Shown here piece after piece: positions 61,666-64,000 of a stretch of 64,000 bases of DNA. The first letter of the stretch is position 1, and each line of letters opens with the position of its first letter. The stretch is taken from the sequence record MZ475892.1; one strand, 5' to 3'. The notes beneath the pieces are model-generated. The model was not told where the DNA came from. It saw only the letters and a list, made by a program, of their open reading frames with translations, and made no database searches. Both the position numbers and the translations under genes were made by a program.

Positions 61666-63999
61666 ATGTCCGAGAACAATCAAAGCGGAGCTACTCGCTT
61701 CGGCACAGAAGTGCAGGCCGGCATCGCAGAAGCGCAACGCCGTGCTAACTCTGCTGAGAGTGGCAAGCTGAACAAATGCACGATCATCGTGCTGACTTCG
61801 ATTGACGCCAACCAGCGTTACTCTTATCTGTCCGCAGACGAACAACTGCGCGAAGAACTGGTGCGTGGTAAAGTAATCAATCGTCTGCCTGACCTGTTAG
61901 AGCGTGCTGGTGGTAATACCGCTGCTGACAATAACAGCGCGTTCCACATCCTGCACCCAAACAACGGCGTGCCTACCTCGATCGATGCTCGTATCAAAGT
62001 GGGCGAAGGCAATGCGGTCATTCTGTCATATACTGTAAACAAAGCAGTGACAGAGATGCACGGTAGCTTATCGCTTGCTCTGTTTGCATCTGGCGCCGAA
62101 GACTTAAATGATCTGGCCGCTGATTTCGGTATTCACGCAATTGCGATTGTTGAAGAATCGAAAGCCGCTGAGTTCATCAAAGGACTTGAAGCTCAGGTGG
62201 AAGCGTTGAATATTGTAAATCTCACTAGCATTGATGATTCTAACGATTCGTTAGACCTGCCAGTGATTGACTTCGCTGCATTAGCGGGCAATCCTACAAC
62301 AGTGCTTACGGGTGCTGTGCGTACCTTCATCATGCAATCAATCAGCGGCGAAGTCTTCGCTGCAATCCCTAATAACGGAGAACTGAACGTGAAAAACGAT
62401 AACGTGGCTCAGCCTGCTGACCTGGAAGAAGACTTCGACAACAATGATGAGATTGTTGATCAGAACGGCGGTGAAGGCGAAGTTACTGGCGAAGAGCTGC
62501 TGGGCTACAAAGCAGAAAATCTTTCGCTCGACCAAATGCGTAGTGCGCTTGAAGCGATCAACTACGACCTGTCTGAAATGACGGAAGAAGCAATCCGTGA
62601 AGCGTTCGAAACTGAACAGAACCTTTACCTGGGTGGCGGCGATGACGAATCTTCCGAAGAAGAGGAAGATGAAGACGCCGCTGATGTTGACAGCGACGAA
62701 GAAGAAGAGGAAGAAGACGAGGAGTTCGATGCTCCTGCGTATCTGGCTCAAGCGCTCGCTGCTGAAAACTTTAGCCGTAGCGATCTGAAACTGCTGGTCA
62801 AGTCGCAAGACCTGAAAGTGATGAAGAACGACACTCCTGAAACTCTGGTGCAGAAGCTGCTGGACCTGGTGCAGGACGCATCGTCTGATGAAGTGTTCGA
62901 ACTGATCACTGTGTTCGTTGAACTGCTGGACGAGCACGGCGTTGAGTGTGACGCGCTGCGTGCTACCATCGCTGAGGACGAAAGCGATGAAGACGAAGAA
63001 GAGGACGGCGAAGACGAAGACGCCGATGAAGATGGCGACGACGAAGAAGAGGAAGATGAAGAGGAGTCTGATGAAGACGAATCTGAAACCGAATCTGATG
63101 ACGAAACCGAAACTCTGTCTGTGGCTGACGTTACCGATCCTCTCGATTACTTCCGCTTCAACGGTGGTGACCTGACTGCCGAGCAGCGTATTGCTGCTGT
63201 CGAATCGATGGGTACAAGCACTGTTGGTCTGAACATTGTTCAGGTCATGAAAGCGTTCAACGAAATCCGCTCACAGTCTAACCTGATCGATATTGCCGCT
63301 GATGAAGCCGACTCTGCGCTGTACGATATGCTGACTGCGCTGCCGTACTCAACGCTGCTGAGCTTCGCTCAAGAGATTGAGCTGGACATTGATGGCGATG
63401 AGTCTGCCGAAGATCTCGTCACTCTGCTGATGGACGAATCTACTGCCGACAGCGATACGCTGAAAGCGTTGGCGTATGTGTTCGAAACCTACGGCGGCCT
63501 GGGTGTTGAAGCAGATGATATCCTGCTGATGGACTGGCATGAAGCGCTGGCGCTGGTTATTCCTGTGTATGCATCGTCAGACGAAGTTGAGTCCGATGCA
63601 GAAGACGAAGACGAAGACGTTATCGCTGATGAAGATTCGTCTAACGCTAACCTGAAGTTCCTGAAATCTGTTGACGTCAACAACCCTGTCGGCCCGATGC
63701 TCGAAGTTGATATGGACCGCACTCTGGTTATCAACTACACCTTCACTGACGGTAACACCTACCGCGATGTGCAAGATGAGCTGGCTGATATCGGTGGCGT
63801 TAACTACCGCTTCCCGTTCAATCTGGGCAAAGCTGGTAAAGCAAACAAGAGCAGCGCACCTGGTAGCCTGATTGCTCCTGCTGAACATCTGATCGCAATG
63901 TTAGACCGCGCCGGTACTACTCGCTTCTTAGCTGACCCGAACACCTTCGATGTTGGTGTGTGGGCAGAATCTCTGGAGCGTATGCTGAACGCAGAAATC
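61666..63999 (+). CDS. large, extremely acidic protein (partial, runs off window; absent from ORF track)
   Basis: GAGGAG SD + ATG 61666; frame open for 778 codons to the window end (MSENNQSGATRFG...MLNAEI); D/E tracts alternate with helical modules. Confidence 0.85.
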   Translation, partial: MSENNQSGATRFGTEVQAGIAEAQRRANSAESGKLNKCTIIVLTSIDANQRYSYLSADEQLREELVRGKVINRLPDLLERAGGNTAADNNSAFHILHPNNGVPTSIDARIKVGEGNAVILSYTVNKAVTEMHGSLSLALFASGAEDLNDLAADFGIHAIAIVEESKAAEFIKGLEAQVEALNIVNLTSIDDSNDSLDLPVIDFAALAGNPTTVLTGAVRTFIMQSISGEVFAAIPNNGELNVKNDNVAQPADLEEDFDNNDEIVDQNGGEGEVTGEELLGYKAENLSLDQMRSALEAINYDLSEMTEEAIREAFETEQNLYLGGGDDESSEEEEDEDAADVDSDEEEEEEDEEFDAPAYLAQALAAENFSRSDLKLLVKSQDLKVMKNDTPETLVQKLLDLVQDASSDEVFELITVFVELLDEHGVECDALRATIAEDESDEDEEEDGEDEDADEDGDDEEEEDEEESDEDESETESDDETETLSVADVTDPLDYFRFNGGDLTAEQRIAAVESMGTSTVGLNIVQVMKAFNEIRSQSNLIDIAADEADSALYDMLTALPYSTLLSFAQEIELDIDGDESAEDLVTLLMDESTADSDTLKALAYVFETYGGLGVEADDILLMDWHEALALVIPVYASSDEVESDAEDEDEDVIADEDSSNANLKFLKSVDVNNPVGPMLEVDMDRTLVINYTFTDGNTYRDVQDELADIGGVNYRFPFNLGKAGKANKSSAPGSLIAPAEHLIAMLDRAGTTRFLADPNTFDVGVWAESLERMLNAEI

Positions 64000-64000
64000 G

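Noticed and set aside
2942-63888. Many long - strand ORFs in the track (e.g. 2942..3610, 7060..7869, 9722..10426, 22431..23192, 56564..57217, 62338..62937)
   Set aside because: Antisense shadows of well-supported + strand genes; no SD or motifs; expected from codon bias
1-64000. Nucleus-forming (phiKZ-like) phage hallmarks: shell protein, PhuZ, multisubunit RNAP
   Set aside because: None recognisable here; a sigma factor instead implies use of host RNAP (only this window was seen)

Overview
64 kb of a lytic jumbo-phage genome (about 50% GC). Genes are densely packed and almost all on the + strand; the primase is the only convincing - strand gene. Gene content points to a large myovirus of plant-associated enterobacteria, probably the Erwinia Y3/Alexandra or Dickeya AD1/JA11 group (inference, no database search). 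1-17 kb is a replication/transcription block: Ig-repeat protein, DnaG-type primase, Cas4-like nuclease, SWIM protein, metallophosphoesterase, Acb1-like 2H phosphoesterase, sigma-70-like factor apparently lacking region 4.2, gp32-like SSB with a charge-block tail, and RecA with a 347-aa intein. 18-24 kb holds an AcrVA2/FinQ-like protein, a structured non-coding segment and an AmsF/WceF-like protein. 24-64 kb is an early accessory region of about 70 mostly unknown genes, including DUF6939/NADAR-like, GNAT, KptA/Tpt1, radical SAM, YbiI/TraR, UvsE, dUTPase, lytic transglycosylase, an HD hydrolase and several very acidic proteins. Two promoter classes are readable in the DNA: 11 copies of WGG-NNR-AAAT-N28/29-TA(T/C)(A/T)(A/C)T and about 9 copies of CTGTAAAY. 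Best leads: a duplicated two-hairpin RNA with compensatory changes (55.3 and 56.4 kb), a promoter/33-aa peptide/radical SAM unit whose enzyme has a 4x GC(S/Q)(Y/F) tail, the AcrVA2-like protein, the sigma/CTGTAAAY circuit, and a dispersed HeH-like module in acidic proteins. No tRNA genes, CRISPR array or IS elements were seen. All family assignments come from motif recognition by eye.
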